Notes: generated by a model not told the origin, from the sequence alone. 16,441 nt of DNA from Abditibacteriaceae bacterium (GCA_031425655.1 JANPJS010000315.1:1-16441), one strand, 5' to 3'. Shown: positions 1-7,985, counted from the first letter of the stretch. A program made the numbers and translations.

Positions 1-8
1 CCAGTTTT

Positions 9-1664
9 CTAATCTTCGTCGCCCGCGCCGGTTGTGTCCATCGAGCCGACGAAAAACTTGCTATCTTTCTTGTAGGCTGCGGGATAGCGGTCGTAGATGT
101 TGCGCATTTTGGGCAAATCTAATAAATCGGCGGCGCGTTGACCTACATCTAAAGAGGCGTCGATCATCGTCATTAAGTTGCGCGGGTCGCAGGCTCGAAA
201 GACGCGCTCATCATCTTTATACCACTGCGCGACGTGGTTGGACAACTCCATCGCGTTGGATTTGTCGATGCCGATTTTAGCGGATTCGTTGACGAAAATC
301 TGTTTCCATAGCTTAGTTGTCGGGCGATCTACCAAAACTTGATATAACAAACGGCGTTTGAAAGCGTCGTCTAAAATCTCCTCGTGGTTTAAGTTAGTGG
401 AGAGAAATAATCGCTGTAAGAACGGCGCGCGCATCGAACTACCGCCCGCGAAACGAATGATGCTTTCGCGTTGTTCGAGGGGATAGATGAACATGTTGAG
501 AATCATGTTGTGATTCTCGGTTTGACGTCCCAAGTCATCGAAAATGAAGATGCCGTTGTTGGATTTAACGTGTGGCGGCGCGAAGTATTGACCGTCGAAG
601 GTAATATCGAACTGTGCGACTTTGAATTCGGTTCCAACAACAACTAAAGGCGGATCGGAGATGACCCAGCGCCTATCGGGTTTACCCGCAGTTGAAACGC
701 TGTTGGCGGTTTCGTTTTCTTCTTGTTTCATCAACTCTTCGCGAACTTTATGATAAGCCGGATCGAGAAGCTGCACTACTTTGGAGTTGTATTCGAAAGC
801 GTAGGGAATGAGAACGGGTTCTTTTAAAAGTCGGTGCAGGTTGTCGGTAATGAGCGATTTACCATTGCCGGGCGGCCCGTAATAGATCATCACGCGCTGC
901 GAGTTGAAGCCTTCTTTGAGCATATGGCGCAGGCTGTCGCGCATCGGATAGCTGGCGAAAACTTCGTTGACTTCCTCCATCGAAATGCGGCGTTCGCGGC
1001 GCGACTGCTGCTTGACCATCTCGCAGTAATCCACAAACGAAACCGGCGCCGGCCCGACGTAAGAATCCTCGCGTTCGGTTAAAGCCACGAGTTCGCGGCC
1101 TTTGTTGGTCAGGTCATAATGCAGCGGCATCGGCGTGTCGAGCAATTCGCGTTTGTTGAGCGAAATCAGCACGTCGCGGAAGACGTTGACGCCGATTTTC
1201 ATGAAATCGGCAAGCTGGCTTTCGTTGCGCGGACCTTCCTGCTTGATAATTTTCAAAATCAAGCTTTCGAGAACGCGGTAAGAAACTCCGCTTTCCTTGA
1301 AGGTTTTGGGCTGTTCGGGCCGCATCAAGCCGCCGCTGAGCGGTGAGTAACCGGAATCGCGGAAGGCGCTGGTGCGCGGGGCGGGCGGCGCTTCGTTGGG
1401 TTCCGCGCGCGGCGGCGTGACGTGCATCGCCGGCGGCTGCGAATTGCGTAAAGCGCCCTGCATTCCGCCGGGCGAAGCGTTCAAGGCTGAACTGCCGGCC
1501 ATGCTGCCCGCCATCGCCGGACTCTGGGACGGCGGTGTCGGTGCCGGTGCGCTGGAAACAGACGCATGATATGTCGAATTGCCGTCGCTGTTATCGGCGC
1601 CGTCCGGCCCTTGCTGAGAACGAAATTTGTCGAGGGCGGCACGCGCCGCTGAACTTAATGCCAT
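9..1664 (-). CDS. AAA+ family ATPase with disordered Pro/Ser/Ala-rich N-terminus and winged-helix-like domain
   Basis: 551-aa ORF. Walker A GPPGNGKS, Walker B IFIFDDLGRQ, sensor-1 LSTN, arginine-finger-like AFKRR. wHTH-like segment LILKIIK...QLADFMKI...YDLTNKGRE. GGGAGG SD at 1674-1679 upstream of the ATG. Confidence 0.85.
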   Translation of the reverse strand: MALSSAARAALDKFRSQQGPDGADNSDGNSTYHASVSSAPAPTPPSQSPAMAGSMAGSSALNASPGGMQGALRNSQPPAMHVTPPRAEPNEAPPAPRTSAFRDSGYSPLSGGLMRPEQPKTFKESGVSYRVLESLILKIIKQEGPRNESQLADFMKIGVNVFRDVLISLNKRELLDTPMPLHYDLTNKGRELVALTEREDSYVGPAPVSFVDYCEMVKQQSRRERRISMEEVNEVFASYPMRDSLRHMLKEGFNSQRVMIYYGPPGNGKSLITDNLHRLLKEPVLIPYAFEYNSKVVQLLDPAYHKVREELMKQEENETANSVSTAGKPDRRWVISDPPLVVVGTEFKVAQFDITFDGQYFAPPHVKSNNGIFIFDDLGRQTENHNMILNMFIYPLEQRESIIRFAGGSSMRAPFLQRLFLSTNLNHEEILDDAFKRRLLYQVLVDRPTTKLWKQIFVNESAKIGIDKSNAMELSNHVAQWYKDDERVFRACDPRNLMTMIDASLDVGQRAADLLDLPKMRNIYDRYPAAYKKDSKFFVGSMDTTGAGDED

Positions 1665-1673
1665 GAAAATATA

Positions 1674-1679
1674 CCTCCC
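1674..1679 (-). promoter_or_regulatory. Shine-Dalgarno site of the ATPase gene
   Basis: cctccc on + is GGGAGG on -, 9 nt upstream of ATG at 1664. Confidence 0.7.
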
Positions 1680-1840
1680 GCGCTTGCGGAAATTCTAAAA
1701 TTGAAATCGGCTTGAAAGACGCTGCGTTCTGGGAGCTATGACAGTAAAACGGCGTTGAAAACTGATTGCGTCCGGCCTGCCGTTTTTAATTATAAGTGAA
1801 AATCACACCGTAAGGCTGTGGCCTTTTGGCTGCAAACGCT

Positions 1841-1849
1841 TGCTAAACT
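1841..1849 (+). promoter_or_regulatory. Putative extended -10 promoter element (TGcTAAACT)
   Basis: TGnTAnnnT match 7 nt upstream of the in-frame ATG at 1857, in the divergent intergenic region. Confidence 0.35.
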
Positions 1850-1931
1850 ACCTGCGATGCCCGTTCTTTTCAATCTTTCTTCGCCGATGCCGCTCTCAGT
1901 CATTCCACAACCTGCGGTTCTTTTCTCTAAA

Positions 1932-3218
1932 ATGCCTGCGCTTTGGCGCTGCTTAGTTGCCTGCGCGAATTTATTTCTGGCTTTAAATCATACGCCGGCC
2001 ATCGCCGAAACCTCGGCGCCTGTGCCCGACGGATTGGCGGCGCACCAAAATGCCTTCGAGCGTGTGGAAATTGCGCGCGTGCGCATTCACAACAGCGTCG
2101 GCGGCACTATCGAAGGCTCGCGCGACGGCGGCGCGACTTGGCAAAGCATCGGTCATGTGCTTTTGCCCGCCGTGAAAGTCAATCCTAACGCTTATTTGGC
2201 CGCGAAATATGCCCAAAGCGGCAGCGTTGCGGCCACGGCGGTCAATGCCCTTCATTTCTGCGCCGGCCAGAATTTGAAGGCCAGTCGCGGCATTATTTGG
2301 AGCATGATTCCTGCTGCCGACACCGCCGCCGGGCGCATTTCTCTGCAAAGCGAACTGGGCGGCACGGCCAGCAAAGCTCTGGCGGCCAACGCCGCCGTTT
2401 CGCCCGACGCCGCATTGCGCACCGATATTCCCGGCGGCAGCGGTTTGTTCGGCGGCTTTTACACGCCGTTCGTCGGCAATAAAATCTGGCTGGAAAAAGC
2501 CGGCGCATTAACGCCGCTGGCCGATGGCTACGTTCCCGCCGTCGGCGATGCGTGGGTGATTCCCGTCGAGCAGCCGCGCCGTTATCCCGTTTCCGTGACT
2601 TTCGAGAATGTCAAAGGCGGCGCGGTCACGGCGGAATATCGCGGCGAAGAACCAAAGCCCATCGCGCGGGTGCTTCGCCCGGTTGGGGGCGTGGGACGTT
2701 TTGTCGGCTCGTTTTTCGCCGAAGTGGGACGCATTCGCGCCAATCATTGCGGCGTGATTGACCTTTCGACTTCTCTAAACGGCAAAGTCGGTTCGTTTCA
2801 AATCGTGCCCGAAGCGCACGCGCGCGAATATGGGCCGCCGTTTCAACTCACGCAATATCTGATTATCTCGCCGCTCGAAGGCGCACCGCCGCTCGAAGGC
2901 ACGCCACCGCTGTTTTACGGCTACATTCGTCCGCGTTTCGAGCCAAACGACATCAATAAGCCGCTTGAGGAAGGCCTGCTTGGACGTTTCGGCATGGAAT
3001 TCAAATATCGCGGCGACGACACTTGGCATCCCGCCGGAACGTGGTGGATGGAACAGGGCGCGCCGTTGTGGAATTTCATGAACAGCGCTCTGTCCGACGT
3101 GACGCACATTCGCATTCGCTTTCCGTTTACGTTTAATGCGACACCCGAAGAGGCTCGTATAGTTTTTCCTCATGCTGACGGCCCTATTTCCCGTGTCGGT
3201 AGCACAATCGGCTTTTAA
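1932..3218 (+). CDS. Exported hypothetical protein with two-fold internal repeat and one Asp-box motif (start uncertain: 1857 or 1932)
   Basis: ORF 1818..3218. ATG 1932 gives a signal-peptide-like N-terminus (MPALWRCLVACANLFLALNHTPAIA, AxA-type end). SRDGGATW Asp-box at 2118-2141. The two halves align with each other. Confidence 0.75.
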   Translation: MPALWRCLVACANLFLALNHTPAIAETSAPVPDGLAAHQNAFERVEIARVRIHNSVGGTIEGSRDGGATWQSIGHVLLPAVKVNPNAYLAAKYAQSGSVAATAVNALHFCAGQNLKASRGIIWSMIPAADTAAGRISLQSELGGTASKALAANAAVSPDAALRTDIPGGSGLFGGFYTPFVGNKIWLEKAGALTPLADGYVPAVGDAWVIPVEQPRRYPVSVTFENVKGGAVTAEYRGEEPKPIARVLRPVGGVGRFVGSFFAEVGRIRANHCGVIDLSTSLNGKVGSFQIVPEAHAREYGPPFQLTQYLIISPLEGAPPLEGTPPLFYGYIRPRFEPNDINKPLEEGLLGRFGMEFKYRGDDTWHPAGTWWMEQGAPLWNFMNSALSDVTHIRIRFPFTFNATPEEARIVFPHADGPISRVGSTIGF

Positions 3219-3219
3219 T

Positions 3220-3924
3220 ATGAATCAACTTTACACACAGCTTTTCGATCAGCCCTTCACGCTTTTGGTGTCGCTGCCGGCCAACGACGTGCGCTTGGCC
3301 GAAGCCGCGCTGCGCGGCGGCGCGCAAGGCTTGAAAGTGCATATCAACGTGCAGCATTTCGCGTCCGGCACGCGCTTTGGCTCGCTGGATGAAGAACGCG
3401 AGAATCTCACCAGGATTCTGGAAGTGGCCCGCGCCGCGAAGGCCTCGGTCGGCATCGTTCCGGGCGCCGCGACAGACGATGGCACCGCGTTCGCCACGCC
3501 CGACGAATTCGCCGCATTAGCCGAAATGGGCGTGGATTACTTCGACGCTTATCCCGCCGATGCCCCGGCGTGGACGCTTTCGCAAAAGCACCTCGACGTA
3601 ATGATGGCGGCGTTCCACGGCGGCACCATTGCGCAAATGCAGGAATTAGAAGGCGTCGGAATGCGCCTTTGCGAGGCCAGCATCATGCACCACGATCATT
3701 ACGGAAAAGCCTTAAACGCCTTAGACATAGCCACTTATGCCGCACTGTGCGAGGCGCTTTCTTCGCCGGTCATCGTGCCTTCGCAAAAACGCATAGTGCC
3801 CGCCGACCTCGCGGCTTTGCGTGCGGCGGGCGCGCGTGGCGTGCTCATCGGCGCCATTGTCACCGGGCGCGAAGCCGAGTCCATCGAAAGCGCCGCTCAC
3901 GCCTTCCGCAACGCGATGAATTAA
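3220..3924 (+). CDS. Putative TIM-barrel (ribulose-phosphate-binding barrel-like) enzyme of unknown specificity
   Basis: ATG 1 nt after the upstream TAA. Alternating beta/alpha pattern (LLVSLP, GAQGLKVH, VGIVPG, GVDYFD, PVIVP) and a C-terminal GARGVLIGAIVT phosphate-binding-like motif. Confidence 0.7.
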   Translation: MNQLYTQLFDQPFTLLVSLPANDVRLAEAALRGGAQGLKVHINVQHFASGTRFGSLDEERENLTRILEVARAAKASVGIVPGAATDDGTAFATPDEFAALAEMGVDYFDAYPADAPAWTLSQKHLDVMMAAFHGGTIAQMQELEGVGMRLCEASIMHHDHYGKALNALDIATYAALCEALSSPVIVPSQKRIVPADLAALRAAGARGVLIGAIVTGREAESIESAAHAFRNAMN

Positions 3925-3935
3925 CAAGACCAATA

Positions 3936-3972
3936 AAAAGCGCCACCGAAGAACTTCTCCGGTGGCGCTTTT
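3936..3972. terminator. Bidirectional intrinsic terminator between convergent genes
   Basis: Perfect 13-bp inverted repeat aaaagcgccaccg (3936-3948) / cggtggcgctttt (3960-3972) with A and T tracts on either side. Confidence 0.85.
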
Positions 3973-3983
3973 CGTTAAATTTC

Positions 3984-4445
3984 TCATGCCACGTCAAACC
4001 ACTCTTTAACTTCGGGCTTGAACCATTGCGAAAGCAAATAGGCGTGCGCCAAAAGGAGGAGGACAGCCCGATAAGAAATGAGAATCGTCAGAATGGATAC
4101 GACGGTTTGTCCCGTCCACGCGGCACGCTTCCCTTTAGTCAACGCAATGTTGAGCCATACGTTCACGCCCAGCACGAGAGAGGCAACAGCAATGATGGCA
4201 GGGGCCGTTTGCGCCGAGTTGCGGTCGGCGGCAATCACGAAGCCAAACATAATAGTTAAAATCGCGACTGCCGTGCCCAGCACTGTCAGCAGCCGCGCCG
4301 AGCGCACGATGGGCGGAGCGTTTTTGAAATCGCTGCGGTCAATCGCCCGCTGCGTAGATTGATAGGCGCCGGGATTAGGGCGTTGGGAGCCATCCGGCGT
4401 CGGGATGGGCGGTGCCCACGAGGTTTGATTATGCGGGTCTTTCAT
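3984..4445 (-). CDS. Hypothetical integral membrane protein (3-4 TM) with Pro-rich N-terminal tail
   Basis: 153 aa with several hydrophobic segments and a PEVKEWF C-terminus. GGAG SD at 4455-4458 and TACAAT -10-like at 4479-4484 on - strand. Confidence 0.75.
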   Translation of the reverse strand: MKDPHNQTSWAPPIPTPDGSQRPNPGAYQSTQRAIDRSDFKNAPPIVRSARLLTVLGTAVAILTIMFGFVIAADRNSAQTAPAIIAVASLVLGVNVWLNIALTKGKRAAWTGQTVVSILTILISYRAVLLLLAHAYLLSQWFKPEVKEWFDVA

Positions 4446-4529
4446 GTTGTCTCACTCCAAATATGTGTCGCGCCGCAGATTGTAAGATGATTTTCAGATT
4501 GTGGTAGCAGTATGAAAATCGCTCTCGAC

Positions 4530-4575
4530 CAAACAAAACGCCGCACTCTGTCTTTGGAGCGCGGCGTTTTGTTTG
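4530..4575 (-). terminator. Intrinsic terminator of the two-gene minus-strand operon
   Basis: 19-bp arms caaacaaaacgccgcactc / gagcgcggcgttttgtttg. The single mismatch is a G-U pair on the - strand. Lies 15 nt after the stop at 4591. Confidence 0.8.
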
Positions 4576-4590
4576 TTGACGAATATCTCT

Positions 4591-5430
4591 TTAACGGTCG
4601 CCCTGCGCGGCTTTGACGCGGTTAATTTCTTCGCGCAGTTGCTTGATCTGCTCGCCGAATTCGCGGCGCATGGCATTGAGCTGCTCGTTGACCTGCGCGT
4701 CGTTGGGCGCCGCGCCACCAAAGCCCGGAGCGATGAAGGTTTGCCCGCCTTGCCCGCCCAAGTCAACTTTGGCCCCGCCCTCGAATCCGTTGGCCATGAC
4801 GAAGTTCATGCCCGGAACGCTGATTGAGGTGCCGGACTGTGGTGCATCGCCAATGACATTCATCAGGAGCAGCGCGGCCTGCAAACGTGGCTTCTTGGAG
4901 TAGCCGATTTTGGCATCCAAGTCCTGCATGGATTTTTCGCGCGCATCGCGGTAATCTTCAATGGCCATCTGATAATCGCTAAGCAGCGCGTTGACCTGTG
5001 CGTCGGCCATCGTGTCGGCGTTGGCGAGCGCCGGGCGGAGTTTGTCGCCCTTTTCCTGCACCGCCTGCTTCGCTTTTTCCTGCGTCCTTATGTGTTCGAG
5101 GATAGCGCCATGCGTTTTCTCATCGTTGATGCCTTGCCGAGTCAAGGCTTGACGCACGAAGTTTTCGCGCATCTTTTCGGTGCCCATTTGGAAAGTCTTG
5201 CGATATTGCTCGGCGTTAGGGCGCCCTTCGATCAGTTTTCCTTCACCCGTTCGCTTTTCTAACCGCCCGCCTTCGGGACGCTCACCCACCGGTTTGCTGC
5301 CGTTCTCGCGTGCGCCCTGCTGCTTGAGGTCGGGTTGCGCTTGCGCACATTGGCCCGCCAAAGTTGTGAAGCCGAGCGCTACCAGTGGCAACGCCGCTGT
5401 GAAGCTCATCAGATTTCTGCTTCGTTTCAT
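4591..5430 (-). CDS. Exported alpha-helical hypothetical protein, paralog of 5453..6415
   Basis: ATG 5430 preceded by GGAG. Signal peptide MKRSRNLMSFTAALPLVALGFTTLAGQCAQA. Core ends IGYSKKPRLQAALLLMNVIGD. C-terminal coiled coil. Confidence 0.8.
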   Translation of the reverse strand: MKRSRNLMSFTAALPLVALGFTTLAGQCAQAQPDLKQQGARENGSKPVGERPEGGRLEKRTGEGKLIEGRPNAEQYRKTFQMGTEKMRENFVRQALTRQGINDEKTHGAILEHIRTQEKAKQAVQEKGDKLRPALANADTMADAQVNALLSDYQMAIEDYRDAREKSMQDLDAKIGYSKKPRLQAALLLMNVIGDAPQSGTSISVPGMNFVMANGFEGGAKVDLGGQGGQTFIAPGFGGAAPNDAQVNEQLNAMRREFGEQIKQLREEINRVKAAQGDR

Positions 5431-5452
5431 GTCTTCTCCGTAATTTGCGCTG

Positions 5453-6415
5453 TTATCGCTTATTGCCTTGCTTTGCGGCCTCAAGTTCGCGTTTCAGCGT
5501 CTCAACTTCTTTTTGCAGCCGCTCTTTATCGCGCTTCAAGGCATCGCGCTCTTGAAGCACTTTGGAAGACGCAGGCGCGTCGTAAGAATTGGGCATGGCG
5601 GTTGGGGTTGCGGCTGGTGCCGTTGGAACTGGTGCCGCTGTTGGCAGTTGAGCTTGGCGACAATCGTCACGCTCGGCGCGGGCCGCATCGCGTTCGCGGC
5701 GCAGGCTTTCGACTTCGATTTTCAAGCCTTTGCCGTCGCGCCGCAGCTTGTTTCTTTCCTGTTCAAGCATCGCAATCAATTTCGGATTGGGCGTCGAAAA
5801 AGCCATATCGCCCTGCAAGCCCAACAGCAGCAGCATGGCTTCGAGGCGCGGCGTGATGTTGTAGCCAATAGCGGCGCGCATAGCGGTTTCCGCGTTGGCG
5901 CGCCGCGTTTTATCGCCGTCAAGGGCGATGCGCGTGTCTTTGAGAATCACGCCGATCTCGGCGTCGGGCAGGCCCGGCGTGCGCATGGCCAGAAAAAGGC
6001 GGCTGGTCGAATCGCGCAGCGGTTGGCGAGCGCCGGTGTCCTGCACGATGTAATTAATAACTGCGGTTTGCACTTCGGGAATATCGCAGCCTAAGGAACG
6101 CATCAAACGGCGCAGATTTTCCTCGCGCTGCCGGGCCGGACTCAAGGGAATTTTGGCCACGGGTGCTTCCGCAGGTTTTTCTCCTTCGGCAAAGCCCGGC
6201 CCAATGTTTTGAGGTGTTACAGCCGATAAATCAACAGTTTCGCCGGCATCGGGGCCGGGATCGGCGAAGGGGCCGATGTCCTCGTCTTCAGCAAGGGCCT
6301 GACTCTGTGCCGGCACCAATGGGAAGGGCAGCCCCAGAGTGCCGATGGTCAGCAAACCCAAGCCAACCACGCCCGTGAAATAATAACGATTGTAAATCTT
6401 AAAAAGCCTTTTCAT
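5453..6415 (-). CDS. Exported or membrane-anchored alpha-helical hypothetical protein with duplicated coiled coil, paralog of 4591..5430
   Basis: ATG 6415 (ORF extends to TTG 6448). Hydrophobic signal ending SQALA. Core ends IGYNITPRLEAMLLLLGLQGD. Two coiled-coil repeats around a Pro/Thr/Ala linker. Confidence 0.8.
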   Translation of the reverse strand: MKRLFKIYNRYYFTGVVGLGLLTIGTLGLPFPLVPAQSQALAEDEDIGPFADPGPDAGETVDLSAVTPQNIGPGFAEGEKPAEAPVAKIPLSPARQREENLRRLMRSLGCDIPEVQTAVINYIVQDTGARQPLRDSTSRLFLAMRTPGLPDAEIGVILKDTRIALDGDKTRRANAETAMRAAIGYNITPRLEAMLLLLGLQGDMAFSTPNPKLIAMLEQERNKLRRDGKGLKIEVESLRRERDAARAERDDCRQAQLPTAAPVPTAPAATPTAMPNSYDAPASSKVLQERDALKRDKERLQKEVETLKRELEAAKQGNKR

Positions 6416-6473
6416 CCTACGTTTTTCGTCCTTGGTTTCAACAGCCAACTTTGACAGCAGGCTATGCGCAGCG

Positions 6474-6503
6474 TTGCGGCGCGCGGCGCGCGGTGGTTAT
6501 AAT
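6474..6503 (+). promoter_or_regulatory. Putative sigma70-type promoter of thrB
   Basis: TTGCGG (6474-6479), 18-nt spacer, TATAAT (6498-6503). AAAGGA SD upstream of ATG 6541. Confidence 0.5.
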
Positions 6504-6540
6504 GCGCGCCGATGTCGGACGACAAAAGGAACGAATTTTC

Positions 6541-7491
6541 ATGGCGAATTTAAAAGTGCGCGTGCCGGCGTCGTCGGCGAATCTGGGGCCGGGATTTGAC
6601 GCGCTGGGATTGGCGCTCAATATCTACAATTATGTGACGGTTGAGCCGGCTGCCGATGCTATGGACGTTGCATATATATCGGGAGCCGGAAGTGAAACTT
6701 TGCCGACCGGCGCCGATAATATCGCGTTGGTGGCGATGCGACATCTCTTGAGTTTTCTCGGATGCGACGATCTACATTTTCAATTGACCTTAGAAAATGA
6801 GATTCCACTTTCGCGCGGTTTGGGCAGCAGTGCGGCGGCGCGGGCCGGCGCTTTAATGGCCGTCAACGAATATTTGAAGCGCGAAGGAAAACGCTGCGCT
6901 TCGAGCCACGAATTAATAACTTTGGCGACCCAACTCGAAGGCCATCCCGACAACGTGGCGGCAGCGCTTTTAGGCGGTTTAGTGGCTTCGACGAAAATAG
7001 AATCCGGCAATGAAATATCCGCTCTCGCGGTGCGGGTTGATGTGCCGCGTTTTCCGCGTTTATTAGTTTTTATTCCCGACAGCGAGCTGGCCACCAGCGC
7101 GGCACGCGGAGTGTTGCCGGATGCGGTTTTTCGCGCCGATGCGGTCTTTAACGTCAGCCATACCGCTCTGCTCATTGCAGCGCTTGTGGCAGGCCGTTGG
7201 GACGCGCTTCCCGAAGCTCTGCACGACCGATTGCATCAAGAATATCGCGCGCAATTAATGCCCGGTTTCACAGCGATGCTGCGCGCCGCGCATCAGTCCG
7301 GCGCTTATGGCGCAACGCTTTCCGGGGCCGGCCCCACCGTTTTAGCGTGGCTTCCGCCCGACGAAAAATATGTCGCCGACGAAGTGCGTCAAACCCTGCA
7401 AAACGCCGCCGCCGAACACGAAGTTTTTGGGCGCGTCGTCGAAGTCGAAGTGGATTTACAGGGCACAGTCGTTGTCGAAAATACTTTGTAA
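6541..7491 (+). CDS. thrB: Homoserine kinase (GHMP family)
   Basis: VPASSANLGPGFDALG, IPLSRGLGSSAAA, EGHPDNVAAALLGG, DRLHQ and LSGAGPT motifs. Confidence 0.96.
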   Translation: MANLKVRVPASSANLGPGFDALGLALNIYNYVTVEPAADAMDVAYISGAGSETLPTGADNIALVAMRHLLSFLGCDDLHFQLTLENEIPLSRGLGSSAAARAGALMAVNEYLKREGKRCASSHELITLATQLEGHPDNVAAALLGGLVASTKIESGNEISALAVRVDVPRFPRLLVFIPDSELATSAARGVLPDAVFRADAVFNVSHTALLIAALVAGRWDALPEALHDRLHQEYRAQLMPGFTAMLRAAHQSGAYGATLSGAGPTVLAWLPPDEKYVADEVRQTLQNAAAEHEVFGRVVEVEVDLQGTVVVENTL

Positions 7492-7542
7492 ATATCTTGA
7501 ATTCCAAATCTATTATTCACCTTACGCGGTCTGGCCGCATTA

Positions 7543-7730
7543 AACGGGAAGACGGAAAGAACGGGAAGACGGGAAGCCTTGAAAGTTGACGAGGCAAAAA
7601 AGCGGCTTGAATACAGCCCTCATCCAATATCCAAGCGCAAACCCAACAGATAATACCGATCATGCGGATGTCCGCCCGTCCAAAGCTCTCAAATCTCTTT
7701 CCGCCTTCCCGTTCTTACCGCCTTCCCGTT
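7543..7730. repeat. Degenerate long palindromic element (REPIN/MITE-like) with 34-bp arms made of a 17-nt unit x2
   Basis: 7543-7576 aacgggaagacggaaagaacgggaagacgggaag matches the reverse complement of 7697-7730 (aacgggaaggcggtaagaacgggaaggcggaaag) at 30/34. Weak further pairing inward. Confidence 0.75.
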
Positions 7731-7985
7731 GAAAAACCACAGATGCATAGCACGGTGTATAAGGTGAGTCTATTATGAGCGCGAATTTATAAATGCCGCG
7801 CCGATTATAGTGAATTTTTATCGGAGAATTCGTCGGAATTGTCCATTTATATGGATATATAAACCGCGCTTTGGTTGACGGGCGCATAATACTTTTCGCA
7901 CACTGCACGCCGTTCACACATCGCTCGTAGAAAATACGGCGATCTATTTTCGACCGCGATTTATCGCAAGGAAAGGTTTATTCCC

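Noticed and set aside
2869..2912. 18-nt period duplication cgccgctcgaaggc encoding PLEGAPPLEGTPPL
   Set aside because: Short in-frame two-copy duplication with no evidence of function.
3570..4259. 229-aa plus-strand ORF
   Set aside because: Arg-rich off-frame translation overlapping two better genes and running through a terminator.
6451..6540. Upstream-extended starts in the ORF track (6451 thrB, 10691 glxK, 3172, 5484, 1818, 10763)
   Set aside because: Family N-termini, SD positions, promoter-like motifs or overlaps favour the downstream ATGs used above.
7733..7760. aaccacagatgcatagcacgg resembling another repeat arm
   Set aside because: No complementary partner or clear second unit nearby; too degenerate to call.
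7660..7917. 85-aa minus-strand ORF in the large intergenic region
   Set aside because: No motif or SD, and it runs through the palindrome arm and promoter-like DNA. Cannot be supported.
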